A stretch of DNA of 64,000 bases from Mobula hypostoma (Eukaryota): assembly GCF_963921235.1 (NCBI RefSeq), contig NC_086097.1:116624001-116688000 (forward strand). Direction: 5' to 3'. Below, one piece after another: positions 51,400-63,756 of the stretch (position 1 is its first letter; each line of letters begins with the position of its first letter). Position numbers and translations under genes: made by a program. The notes under the pieces were generated by a model. The model made no database searches, was not told where the DNA came from, and saw nothing but the letters and a program-made list of their open reading frames with translations.

Positions 51400-51545
51400 A
51401 CAAAATTCTAGAGGTACTCAGGGAGTTAGGTAGTATCTGTGGAGAAAGAAACATAAAAAAGACCATCAACCTGAAGTGTAAACTTTGCACTTTCTCCACA
51501 GATGCTGCCTGGCTTGCTGAGTATTTTTAGTAAATCACTTTTTAT
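51400..51545. mobile_element. Fold-back element of two inverted Penelope pseudo-LTR tails
   Basis: Arms tactcagggagttaggtagtatctgtggagaaag and ctttctccacagatgctgcctggcttgctgagta. Confidence 0.7.
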
Positions 51546-51875
51546 TTCATATGTCTAGCACCTGTAATTTCCTGCTTTCCAACTTCAGCAGGATCAGTAA
51601 GCAAGACCAATAAATATCTTCCCATCTTTTGAGTAATCAATGATTTTGGGGGTCAGTGGGATTGAGAAGTTAAGTCCAAAGATTAGTTCAGCCATGAAAT
51701 TCATGAAAAGTGGGGTTTGCACAAGAGGCCAAGTGACTACAAACTTGCCCCAGTTTCAAAGGGAAAAGACTAGCGTAATTGGCATAAATAAAACAGATGT
51801 GACAGCAGGAAAATAGGGAAGTTGTTCTGGTTGGAATTGTATGATCTGTGTGGTTGAAGGGAATAGATTCATTAG

Positions 51876-52380
51876 CAACTAATAAAATGGCCACTGAGTG
51901 TATGTTCATGGACTTCTGCTGTAACCCATCCACTTCAAGCTTCAATGTGATGAGCATTCAGAGATGCTGTTCTGCACATAACATGTGGTTATTTCAGTTC
52001 CTGTCACCTTCCAGTCAGCTGGAACCAGTCTGCCATTTTCCTATGACCTCTCTCATTAACAAGGCATTTTCATTCACAGAAATGCTGATCACCAGATGCT
52101 ATAGATTTTTGCACCATTCTCCATGAACTCTAAGGATTATCTTGCATGAAAATCCCAGAATATTGGTGGTTTCTGAGATTCTCAAACCACCCCATCTGGC
52201 ACCAATAATCATTCCACAGTCAAAGTTACTTCGATCACATTTCTTCACCATTATGATGTTTGGCCTGAATGACAACTGAACCTCTAGACTGTATCTGCAT
52301 CCTTTTATATATTGAGTTGCTGCCACATGATTGGCTGATTAGTTATTTGCCTTAATGAGCATCAGGTGTGCCTAACAACG
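51876..52380 (-). mobile_element. Non-autonomous Tc1-like element (third copy)
   Basis: Minus ORF 'KKCDRSNFDCGMIIGARWGGLRISET'; ctaataaaatggccactgagtgta TIR copy. Confidence 0.85.
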
Positions 52381-54976
52381 TGAAGGTGAAAAAATATAGA
52401 GTGTTTTGGGAAAAGAGAAAGAATAGGACTAATTGGATAACTCGTTCAAAGGGTTAGTGCCAGCATAGAGTTTGAATGGCTTCAGTTTGTGCTGTCTCAT
52501 TCTGTGATTCTGTGAAATATTCAGCAGTTCTCAGTGGGACAGAATTCCAGCCAAGCAGTTAATGTTTATTTTATTTTACAATGGCAGATTTGTTGTGCAG
52601 GGAAAATGACACTTCACAATTCCCAAGTGCTGCCTCTGTGCAAATGAAGGATGCACTCCCACTTTTGTCGTGTAGAATGAGTTTTTCATGGCCATTAACT
52701 TAATTATATTTTTCATTTCTGGCACCGAGGGGAAAATTTGACATTCCGAGCACAGGCAGATTTATTAATGAAGGTCTGGTGCTAATATTTCTGTCCCCCT
52801 TCACTCAAGAGATTAGAATGTCCCAGGGTTATTTGTGATGGCATATTGGAACATGCTGTTCTAGAATGATGAGCAGCAAACTATTCAGTGAAAATTATAT
52901 GCAAGTTGTAGGGGAAAGAATAGTGAGTGTTAATAATTAGTCAATATGGATATGGATTGTGTTGATGTGATAACAGGGAGCCATAGACAAAAACAGAGGC
53001 ATGGAATGCAGCAGCAACAACACCCAAGTTTCAGGAACTTCACTCATTATGTTACAGTCTTCACCCATTGCTCTAGACCTGTTGATAGTCCTGCTGTTTG
53101 GTAATCAGGACCTAGCCTGCTATTTCATTAAGCCTTCCTGTTACCAGGTTTATGTTATCAAGATATAGTTTCACTGGGTTTAGCAGCCATGTACTGTATC
53201 TGTTCTCGACCTGCATTGCATTCTGTGTTGAGCATTAATTATGTTTATTATGGTAGTTCATCACGTGGGTGGGTGGTGTGGTAGAAGTGAAGAGTTTTAA
53301 TTACCTGTTCGTACTTTTTAGAGTCTGTCTGGTAAGTTTATAACTAGGGAGTAGGTCGGGGTGATATCTTTATGTTGACCGTTTAATTTCATTTAATTAT
53401 TTTTGTGTTTAACTACACTTAATTTTGTTAGTCTTAGTGTTATTAGTTTCACCACTTCAAGCCTGTTTGTTTTGCTAAATACTAATAAAGGATCAAATAC
53501 ATTTCTTTGACTTTGAACATTAATATTATTGGATTTTATGGAAGATGTGTCAACCAAGATTAACACCCCTTCCCATTTTCTTGTGCCTAGTCTCTAAGCA
53601 ATGCTGGTTTGTTTGAGTAGACATGACACTGGTAGTCTTGTCAACTGAGAATGTAAAAGCTGTATAAAATTTATGGTCAGGTAGATTGGCTTTTGTTGGT
53701 CTCCCGGTGTGCAGCAGTTTTTAATAAATCGCCTGTTATTCGAACACTGACACTGTGTGATCTTTGAGTTTGCTCCTACAGAAATACATATATTTATTAT
53801 TATATATAATATACAGTAATAAAATGGCTTTGCATTGAAAAGATCTATTCATGCTTCGGCTTGTTCCAAAACACGTTACACCAAATGTTTTTGGAAAAAA
53901 AATTGTTATGTATGAAATGCAATTAACAATATTCCACAAGCAACAAATAAATGGAGAGAAAATCTGATATCTTATTGATTTTATTTAACAATAACTATTA
54001 TTCAAGATACTGGAAGGAATTTCAGTGTTCTTCTTCACAGTTAAGGCGTGGTATGTTTTGCTTCAACCTGAGAGGTTTTGGTTTCATTTTGTAAAGTGCT
54101 ATACTCGTTTGATGCTACAGCAAAATACCAAATTGGTTAGTGGGTAGAAAATTTTCTTCTTCCACTTGTGCAAAACATGCAATGTACGCAGCTTGTGCCA
54201 ATTCACTGCCAAAGTTTGACTCTATTGAATGCAAGGAATCAACTTTTGAAGCAGAAGGCAGGACAGACCCACTATTATATGCGTCCATTGACCAAACCTG
54301 CATCTCTAACCCTGTGCAACTAAATTGGGACTTAAGTCAAAAGCATTCCAATTCTTTTCGTTTTAAATCTTTTTATTAACAGCATTCCAATTCAGAGGCA
54401 AGAATGTACCACCAGTGAATTAAGAGTAAAACACTCATTGTAAGCCTAATGCTACAGTATCTATTAAGGATATTATTAAAATTACTATTAAGAAAATTAT
54501 TAAAATGTGAAAGATGAAGCAGGTTTTGATTGCCAAGCTTTAGTTAGATAGTGAAAACTCAGGGAAAATTGAGAGTATTCAAGTAAGTTCTTCGATGAAT
54601 GAAATTAGAATGGCTTAGAATTCATATCATTGCCAACACAGTGATTGAAGATGAAAAGAAAGCAAAGAGTTTCTTCTGCCACAAACAAGACCCAGGGGCA
54701 ACCTGGATGTCACAGGGTAGTGGGAAATACAAGTTAGTAGCCCTTGAAAGTTGGATCGAAGATTATAATGCAGCATTAAGCCATGCTGTTTGGTTCAAAG
54801 CCAGATAGCAGTCTAATGCCCACTAATTACAGCATGTCAGAAGCTCCAATCACATTGTTATGTCTTTATGCATCCCCGCAAATCAATAAAATGAACATCT
54901 AGCATCAAGCCACTATTACCCTTGTGATTACACATCAACCAGGCATTCTTGACTACTGAGGTCCAGTCTGAAGCCA

Positions 54977-57900
54977 GGTCTGGTGTGGAGAGCCCACCTG
55001 TGGCTGTCCCCCTCAGTAACAAGTATCTTGTTCTGGATGCTGTTGAGGGGGATGACCTGACAGGGGACGGCCACGGTGACCGGGTCTCTGGCAGTAGGCC
55101 TGGCACTGTTGTGCAGGAGGGAGGGAGGGAGAAGAGGAATGTGGTAGTCATAGGGGATTCCATAGACAGGGGAACAGACAGGAGATTTTGTGAAGCTGAT
55201 AGAGATACCCATATGGTGTGTTGCCTCCCAGGTGCCAGGGTATGGGATGTCTCGGATCGGGTCCAGAATATTCTGAAGGGAGAGGGTGAGCAGCCAGTTG
55301 TCTTGGTACATGTTGGTACCAATGACATAGAGCAGGTCCTGAAGAGAGATTTCCGGGAGTTAGGAAGGAAGCTGAGAAGCAGGGCCTCCAGGGTAGTAAT
55401 CTCGGGATTGCTGCCTGTGCCACATGCTAGCGAGGGCGAGAATAGTAGGATCAGGCAGATGTATGCGTGGCTGAGAGACTGGTGCAGGGGGCAGGGCTTC
55501 AGATTCTTGGATCATTGGGATCTCTTCTGGGGGAAGTATGACCTGTTCAAAATGGACTGGTTACACCTGAACCCGAAGGGGACCAATATCCTGGTGGGAA
55601 TGTTTAATAGAGCTGTTAGGGAGGGTTTAAACTAATTTGGCAGGGGGATGGGAACCGGAATGCAAGAGCGGAGGAAGGGTAAAACAGAAATAAATCTAAG
55701 ATAGTGAGCAATAAAGATTTCAGGAAAGACAGGCAGGTGATGGGGCAAATTTGTAGCCATTGGGATGAGTTGCAGTGCAATAAAGTTGCAGTGCAATCAA
55801 AGCAAACAGTACCAAATACTGGTCTTAAGGTGTTATACTTAAATGCACGCAGCATAAGGAATAAGGTGGATGATCTTGTCGTACAGCTACAGATTGGCAG
55901 GTATGATATTGTGGCCATCACTGAGACGTGGCTAAAGGATGCATGTCTCTGGGAGCTGATCGTCCAAGGATACACGGTGTATCGGAAGGATAGGAAGGTA
56001 GGCAGAGGGGGAGGCGTGGCTTTATTGGTAAGAAATGATATCAAATCATTAGAAAGAGGTGACAGAGGATCAGAAGGTGCAGAATCTTTGTGGGTTGAGC
56101 TAAGAAATCGCAGGGGTAAAAGGACCCAGATGGCAGTTATATACAGGCCTCCAAACAGCTGTAGTGATATGGACTACAAATTACAACAGGAAATAGAAGA
56201 GGCTTGTCAGAAGGGCAGTGTTATGATCATTGTGGGGGATTTTAACATGCGAGTGGATTGGGAAAATCAAATCGGCACTGGATCTCAAAAGAGAGGATTT
56301 GTAGAATGTCTGTGGGATGGCTTTTTAGAACAGCTTGTTGTTGAGCCCACTAGGGGATCGGCTGTACTGAATTGGGTATTGTGTAATGAACTGGAGGTGA
56401 TTAAAGAGATTGAGGTGAAGGAACCCTTTGGAGGCAGTGATCATAACATGATTGAGTTCACTGTGAAATTTGAAAAAGAGAAGACGAAATCCGATGTGTC
56501 AGTATTTCAGTGGAGTAAAGGAAATTATAGTGGCATGAGAGAGGAACTGGCCAAAGTTGACTGGAAAGAGACACTGGCAGGAAAGACGGCAGAGCAGCAG
56601 TGGCTGGAGTTTATGTGAGAAGTGAGGAAGGTGCAAGATAGGTATATTCCAAAAAAGAAGAAATTTTTGAATGGGAAAAGGATGCAACCGTGGTTGACAA
56701 GAGAAGTCAAAACCTAAGTTAAAGCAAAGGAGAGGGCATACAAGGAAGCAAAAATGAGTGGGAAGACAGAGGATTGGGAAGTTTTTAAAAGCTTACAAAA
56801 GGAAGCTAAAAAGGTCATTAAGAGGGAAAAGGTTAACTATGAAAGAAAGCTAGCAAATAATATCAAAGAGGATACTAAAAGCTTTTTCAAGTATATAAAG
56901 AGTAAAAGACACGTGAGAGTAGATATAGGACCGATAGAAAATGATGCTGGAGAAATTGTAATGGGAGATAAGGAGATGGCAGAGGAAATCAATGAGTATT
57001 TTGCAACAGTCTTCACTGAGGAAGACATCAGCAGTATACTGGACACTCAAGGGTGGCAGGGAAGAAAAGTGTGCGCAGTCACAATTACGACAGAGAAAGT
57101 ACTCAGGAAGCTGAATAGTCTAAAGGTAGATAGATCTCCCTGACCAAATGGAATGCACCCTCGTGTTCTGAAGGAAGTAGCATTGGAGATTGCGGAGGCA
57201 TTAGCGATGATCTTTCAAAAGTCGATAGATTCTGGCATGGTTCCGGAAGACTGGAAGATTGCAAATGTCACTCCGCTATTTAAGAAGGGGGCAAGGAAGC
57301 AAAAAGGAAATCATAGACCTGTTAGTTTGACATCAGTGGTTGGGAAGTTGTTGGAGTCGATTGTCAAGGATGAGGTTACTGAGTACCTGGAGGCATATGA
57401 CAAGATAAGCAGAACTCAGCATGGTTTCCTTAAAGGAAAATGCTGCCTGACAAACCTATTATGATTTTTTGAGGAAAATACAAGTAGGCTAGACAAGGAA
57501 GATGCAGTGGATGTTGTATATTTGGATTTTCAGAAGGCCGTTGACAAGGTGCCACACATGAGGCTGCTTAACAAGATAAGAGCCCATGGAATCACGGGAA
57601 AGTTACATACGTGGATAGAGCGTTGGTTATTGGCAGGAAACAGAGAGTGGGAATAAAGGGATCCTTTTCTGTTTGGCTGCCGGTTACCAATGGTGTTCCA
57701 CAGGGGTTTGTGTTGGGGCCGCTTCTTTTTACATTGTACATCAACGATTTGGATTATAGAATAGATGGCTTTGTGGCTAATTTTGCTGATGATACGAAGA
57801 TAGGTGGAGGGACCAGTAGTGCTGAGGAAACAGAATGGCGGTGCTGGCTCGAAGGGCTGAATGGCCTACTCCTGCAACTATTGTCTATTGTCTAGTCTGC

Positions 57901-58785
57901 AGAGAGACTTGCGTAGATTGGAAGAATGGGCAACGAAGTGGCAAATGAAATACAATGTTGGAAAGTGTACGGTTATGCACTTTGGCAGAAGAAATAAATG
58001 GGCAGACTATTATTTAAATGGGGAGAGTATTCAAAGTTCTGAGATGCAACAGGACTTGGGAGTCCTCGTGCAGGATACCCTTAAGGTTAACCTCCAGGTT
58101 GAGTCACTGGTGAAGAAAGCGAATGTAATGTTGGCATTCACTTCTGGAGGAATAGAGTATAGGAGCAGGGATGTCATGTTGAGGCTCTATAAGGCGCTGG
58201 TGAGACTTCACTTGGAGTACTGTAGGCAGTTTTGATCTCCTTATTTAAGAAAGGATGTGCTGACATTGGAGAGGGTACAGAGAAGATTCACTAGAAGGAT
58301 TCCGGGAATAAGAGGGTTAACATATGAGGAACGTTTGTCTGCTCTTGGACTGTACTCCTTGGAGTTTAGAAGAATGAGGGGGGACCTCATAGAAACATTT
58401 TGAATGTTGAAAGGCATGGACAGAGTGGATGTGGCAAAGTTGTTTCCCATGATGGGGGAGTCTAGTACAAGAGGGCATGACTTAAGGATTGAAGGGCACC
58501 CATTCAGAACAGAGATGTGAAGAAACTTTTTTCGCCAGAAGGTGGTGAATCTATGGAATTTGTTGCCACGGGTGGCAGTGGAGGCCAAGTCATTGGGTGT
58601 ATTTAAGGCAGAGATTGATAGGTATCTGAGTAGCCAGGATATCAAAGGTTATGGTGAGAAGGCGGGGGAGTGGAACTAAATGGGAGAATGGATCAGCTCA
58701 TGATAAAATGGCGGAGTAGGCTCGATGGGCCGAATGGCCGACTTCTGCTGCTTTGTCTTATGGTCTTATGGCCTTATGGTCTTTT
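54977..58785 (+). mobile_element. Long CR1 LINE: ORF1 esterase (SGNH) part plus disrupted ORF2 (APE and RT) and 3' tail
   Basis: ORF1 'VVIGDSI', 'PGA', 'HVGTND', 'DWLHLN' (stop 55635); ORF2 'LYLNARSIRNK', 'TETW', 'GDFN', 'SDH', 'GVPQG..LGPLLF..YIND', 'FADD'; in-frame stops (e.g. 56616, 57141, 57462); tail (ttatggtc)n. Confidence 0.95.
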
Positions 58786-58999
58786 AACCACAGAGCTGCT
58801 CCAGGTCATCTCAATCTTCCTGACTTAAAGTCACCACACTTCCATCAGCTATGAGGCAGCTTCTGGGGTCATATTACTGAGGCAGGAAAAAGCTAGGAGA
58901 AGAACCATAGGAACCAATGAAAAATGTTTATGTCAGGTATGACTTGCTTAAATTCATAAATTTGATTTAGAATGCCTATCATAAACAAAAAAAGCAGTC

Positions 59000-59120
59000 C
59001 GTAGATGCAGGAAGTCTAGAGTAACACACATAAAATGCAGGAAGAACTTAGCAGGTCAAACAGTATCTATGGAGAGGAATAAACGTTTGATATTTCAGGC
59101 TGAGACCCTTCATTTGGACG
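59000..59120 (-). mobile_element. Penelope pseudo-LTR-derived short repeat, degenerate hammerhead
   Basis: acacacataaaatgcaggaagaacttagcaggtc...gatatttcaggctgagacccttcat. Confidence 0.72.
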
Positions 59121-59827
59121 TTCATTTGGATTGCTTACTTTGTGTTGCTTGAATTGTTGCACCATGGCCAAGCCGAGACTGCAACTGTCAGGAGTTGATT
59201 TCAGCTCGAGTGGAGTAGCATTGGTGGCTGGTAAGTCGATATCTCCAATAGGTAGGTTGTTCACAGACACCTGGATGGAAAGGAATCGTTCCAGTCACCT
59301 CTTACTTAGATTTTGTTGGCGTTCTTTGTTAACCTGCCATGATTCTTCTTACTCTGCCTCATCAGCTGGTTTTACAGTGAGTCTCAGTGCTCTTCAGCAT
59401 TCCTTCCACTGTTCCTTGTTAGCTTTAGCATCTTCCTGAAGTACTAAATCCTGGTACCGTTAAAGAAGCAGACAATAGAAGTCAACTAGTGACTAATGTG
59501 CCTGTTGTAGATTATTGCTTTGAATACCAGTGGCAGGGCTCCTTTCTGATGCTGAATGTATCTTTAAATGTGTGATTTTAGGAAGAAATTTTAGCTAATA
59601 AGTCACAGTCTACTTAGTCTGAAAGCATAGTAAACAGGATGGAGTATAACACCTCGATACCATGGCATTCACTACTCCCACAAATATGTTCTGCATAGCT
59701 GTCCCCATCATGAAATCAAAGTTCAAAGGTTCATTTATTATCAAAGTATGCAACTCTGAAATTCTTCTTCTCCAATGTAAGCAGCACCTATTGTTCAAGA
59801 TCTAGACGACTTAGTTCCAACTTTTCT

Positions 59828-60376
59828 CAAGGATATAATGTCGAGGCTTTTTGAAGCACTGGTGGCGCCTCATTTGGAGTATTGTGAGCAGCTTTGGGCC
59901 CCTTATCTAAAAAAGGATGTGCTGACATTGGAGAGAGTTCGAAGGATTCCAGGATTGAAAAGATTGTCATATGAGGAGCATTTGATGGCTCTGGGCTTGT
60001 ACTCACTGGAATTCAGAGCAATGAAACCTATTGAATGTTGAAAAGCCTTGAAAGAGTGGATGTGCAGAGGATGTGTCCTGTGGTCACAGCCTCAGAACAG
60101 AGGTTTGTCATTTTAGAATGGAGATGGGGAGGAACGTCTTCAGCCAGAGAGTGGTGAATTTGTGGAATTTGTTACCACAGGCGGCTGTGGAGGCCAGGTC
60201 ATTGGGTATACTTAAGGCAGAGGTTGATAGATAATTGATAAGTCAGGCCATGCTAGGATATGGGGAGAAGGTAGGAGATTGGGATTGAGAGGGAAAATGG
60301 ATCTGCCATGATGAAATAATGGAGCAGACTCAAAGGGGGAAATGGCCTAATTCTGTTCCTATATCTTATAGTCTAA
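59828..60376 (+). mobile_element. CR1 3' fragment
   Basis: 'LVAPHLEYCEQLWAPYLKKDVLTLERV'; tail tcttatagtct. Confidence 0.88.
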
Positions 60377-60802
60377 TAAAGGAGTACACTGTTTTTTAAC
60401 TTAACTACAAGTGATTTTGGGATCACTTCTACCTTAATCATATTCTGAGTATACAGTAATTGCTTGACGTACAACATCTGATTTACATTTTGCTATAATC
60501 CCAGTGTTATAATGTCCGAATGAATGTTGTTTCCTTTGGCAGTATACACGTATACGGTTGAATGACAATAAACTTGCACTTGATATCTTGAGCTATATGA
60601 CTTTGATAGAAGAAGGTCTTTCCTTTGGCTATAATAAATGGTGTCCCACTGCGTGCATTTCTCATACTGTATTTTAGAATGAGTTGCCTGAGGAGATAAT
60701 GGAAGCTGATACTATTTCAATGTTTGAAATGCATTTGGACAGGTATTTGGATAGGAAAGGAGTAGTGGGATATGAGCCTTGTGCAGGAAAATGGGATTAG
60801 CA

Positions 60803-61003
60803 TCACACTCACTGAATAGTGGAGGAATTCACCAGATCAGAAATGAATAAAGAGTTGATGTTTTGAGCCAAGACCCTGATGAGGGCCTTAGCCTGAAACA
60901 GTGACTCTTCATTTCTTTCTATAGATGCAGCCTGACCCGCTTAGTTCCTCCGGTATTGAGGGTGTTTTATTCTGGACTTCTAGCATCTGCAGAACTCTTG
61001 TGT
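60803..61003. mobile_element. Fold-back Penelope pseudo-LTR derivative inserted in an old CR1 3' end (~60670-61090)
   Basis: Left arm (-) ggaggaattcacca...gatgttttgagccaagaccc; right arm (+) CTGATGA-GGGCCTTAGCCT-GAAA...gatgcagcctgacccgcttagttcctcc. Confidence 0.7.
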
Positions 61004-62489
61004 TTAGATAGGCATCTTGGTCGTCATGGATTTACTGGGCTGTAACAGCCCATTTCTGTACTGTGATTATCTGTTATTCTGTGATTTTATGAAACATTTT
61101 TTCTGGAATGCAGCCCTTTCACAAATCGGTTAATGTAAATTGTCACCACATTTTTACTTGGTACCATTTTCTGTGTTTCCTGGGCTCTCTTCTACTGCAG
61201 GACTGAAGTTGTTCTCTGCGGTCACTGGGTTAAGTAAGATCTGCTGCAGTCTCTGTGATTAGTAATAATGGATTCATGTTAATGCTTTGTAATCACTGTT
61301 TACAGAAGCAGTAATTTTCACTTGTGTAGAGCAACCTAATAGTATAGAACTGATTCAACTAGAAAGGGGGCCAATTAGTTAATCTAGCATCAGTGCTGAA
61401 GGTCTTGCTTAGAATCTCTGCCCTTCATGAAGGTATAATGCTCAGTACTCGGTATTGTAAAGCTCCCTCATGCTTTCTAATAATCATTCACTATGCAAGC
61501 TGGCTGTAATAACACCACAGAACTTCAATCCTAAAGTGCCTGCTGCAGCTGAGAGAATATTGGTGAGCAAAATACATTTAACCCACAGAAGGTGTCTAAT
61601 GTAAATGTCATTTATACTTGTGTGTATTTAATGGCAGACAAATGGAAGTAACCTTATTCAAATCTAAGTATATAAGTTAAATTCAATATGTCTTGACCAT
61701 TCTCACAGTCTTCCAATAGACCTACTAAAATCGGCATCACTTGGCAATTCAATTGTTCAACCCTCATTCCTGCTATTCCTTTTTCTAATTGGTGGCTGTA
61801 CACCCATTTTCTATTTTATTCTCAAACTTAAAGGCCGTGTTCAGTGTGGTTGTATATTTAAGTAGTAGGTGCTAGGTGTTGGTATTTCATATGAAAGACA
61901 GACTTTGTCAGATTGACCACTAGGTTTGCTTGCACTGTGAAGAAAGTATGTGATGCACAAAAGTACATCTCCATTGGAGCAAATATTACCATCACTGGCA
62001 ATGTAGGAAATGGGGCACAACCATGTTTACCCATTACTTTGAGCGGATGATACAAATGAAGATCAATTTAATTATCTGGAAATTTCACCCACTGGCACCT
62101 TTATATAAAATGCATGTATCAAAAATTTTCTCTGCTTTTAAGTTTTAATTGTGTCTGTCAATTACTTCTGAAGTCCTACCCATCCAGAAAGTGGACCAAG
62201 CATTTCTGTAACAATGCATGCATCACCACATGGCTTTTATTTCTTTGTCTGGCTTTGGGCTTCTGACAGTGTCATCAACGTGCATGGCCTATTTCAGTTA
62301 CTTAATGACCGAAGATGGATAAAAGATAATCACTTACGCCATTCCTCAGTATCTCAAATACTGAGACAGGCTGGGTTTTTCCTGGAAATCAATGTTATTT
62401 TTATATATGTATATGTGTGTATATATATATATTCACACACAAGCATTTATATAAATGTATAACGTATAAACTTTGGAACTTAGGAGAGG

Positions 62490-63008
62490 GAGGAGCTAAA
62501 GATGGTGCCAGAGATTGTTGCAGACCCAAGCGACTTCTCTCTCTCTGGATGGTGAACGAGAGTCTGTTGGTCCTCGAGTTGGGGAACTCAGACAAGCAAT
62601 GTGGCAGATTGTGAAATCAAAATAGTGAGCTCTCCTGCTCTTGTTTTTTTTGCGGGAGCTACATATCTCTCTCCCTCGCTTGTGGGAGAAAGCCTGTCTG
62701 AGAAGTTGATGTATTGAGATGAGCAATGGTTTTTTGACGGACTCTAGACCACGGTTTCTTTGGGGCTTTGCTGTTACTTGCATGGTGGGTGGTGGGGGTG
62801 CTGATGCTTTGCTGGAGCAAGTGAGGGGGGAGAGAGTCAGTGCTTTTGCTTGTGCATAGGAGAGCTCTGGGCTTCTGATATTTTCTGTCATTCATTCCTT
62901 GGGGTTTTTTCCTGTTTCGTGGATGTCCGTGAAGTGTAAGAATTTCAGGTTGTATACTGTATACATTTTCCGATATTAAATTGAACCATTGAATCTTTGA
63001 ACCATTGA
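62490..63008 (+). mobile_element. Non-coding non-LTR element with Rex/Babar-type tail
   Basis: Starts near aagatggtg (AAGATGGCG-like), no ORF, ends gtaagaatttcaggttgtata...attaaa(ttgaacca)n. Confidence 0.55.
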
Positions 63009-63502
63009 CTTCAAAAGCAATTTTGACTACAAAACTCCAGCATCAATAGGCCTCTGTAAAGGTGTCTTTGAACTAGTAACTATGGCTCACAAGTAAACTA
63101 TGACCAGATGCTGTTGTTGATTCTGGGAGCTTGATCCTGTGTGTTCACATGCAAATGAGGTCACGTTTTTAGGTAGGACAGTAGTAGCAAGAGGGAAATG
63201 TGCAAATCAGGTTTTAATGTTCTTGAAGGGGAGACAACATGATTTTCTAAAGCAAGGAAGTCCCAAAGTTGTAGCTTCATTTTGCTTTTGGTTTAGCACA
63301 TCGAGAGTGACTGTAGTACAATTCCTATATAATTATGTACTAATTGCTCCAAAACAATCTTAATTCTTTCTACAGTTTGTAAATTATTTTCTGTAGATCT
63401 GTGTCTTCACTTTTAGAACCTGTACTGTACCAATGTACTAGTTTTGCTTTGAAGTGTAAATATTATTGGAATAAAATGATTAGATCCTTAAAAAGCAAGA
63501 GA

Positions 63503-63755
63503 AAACCTGCCGAAGGATTTTGGCCCGTAACGTCGACTGTACTATGTTCCTGGATGCTGCCTGGCCTGCTGAGTTCCTCCTGCATTTTGTGTGTGTAGAT
63601 CCGTAAAAAACTCCTTTTTTTTGCTGTTTATTGCAATTCACACAAAATACTGGAAGAACCCAGTAGGTGAGGCAGCATCTATGGAGAGAAATAAAAATGT
63701 TGACGGTTCGGTGGAGAACCCTTCATCAGGATTGCTGAGTTCCTCCAGTATTTTG
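63503..63755. mobile_element. Two Penelope pseudo-LTR repeats tail-to-tail (+ 63503-63597; - 63639-63733 with short inverted tail to 63755)
   Basis: CTGCCGA-AGGATTTTGGCCC-GTAA-CGTC-GACT on +; CTGATGA-AGGGTTCTCCACC-GAAC-CGTC on -. Confidence 0.78.
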
Positions 63756-63756
63756 A

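Noticed and set aside
54949..54976. Start of the 228-aa ORF as a real gene start
   Set aside because: The start is a TTG in flanking DNA reading into a 5'-truncated CR1 ORF1.
58815..58860. NETO1 exon 5 candidate (cctgacttaaag)
   Set aside because: No acceptor AG in the right place and the translation does not continue the expected DPDF..LG..P pattern.
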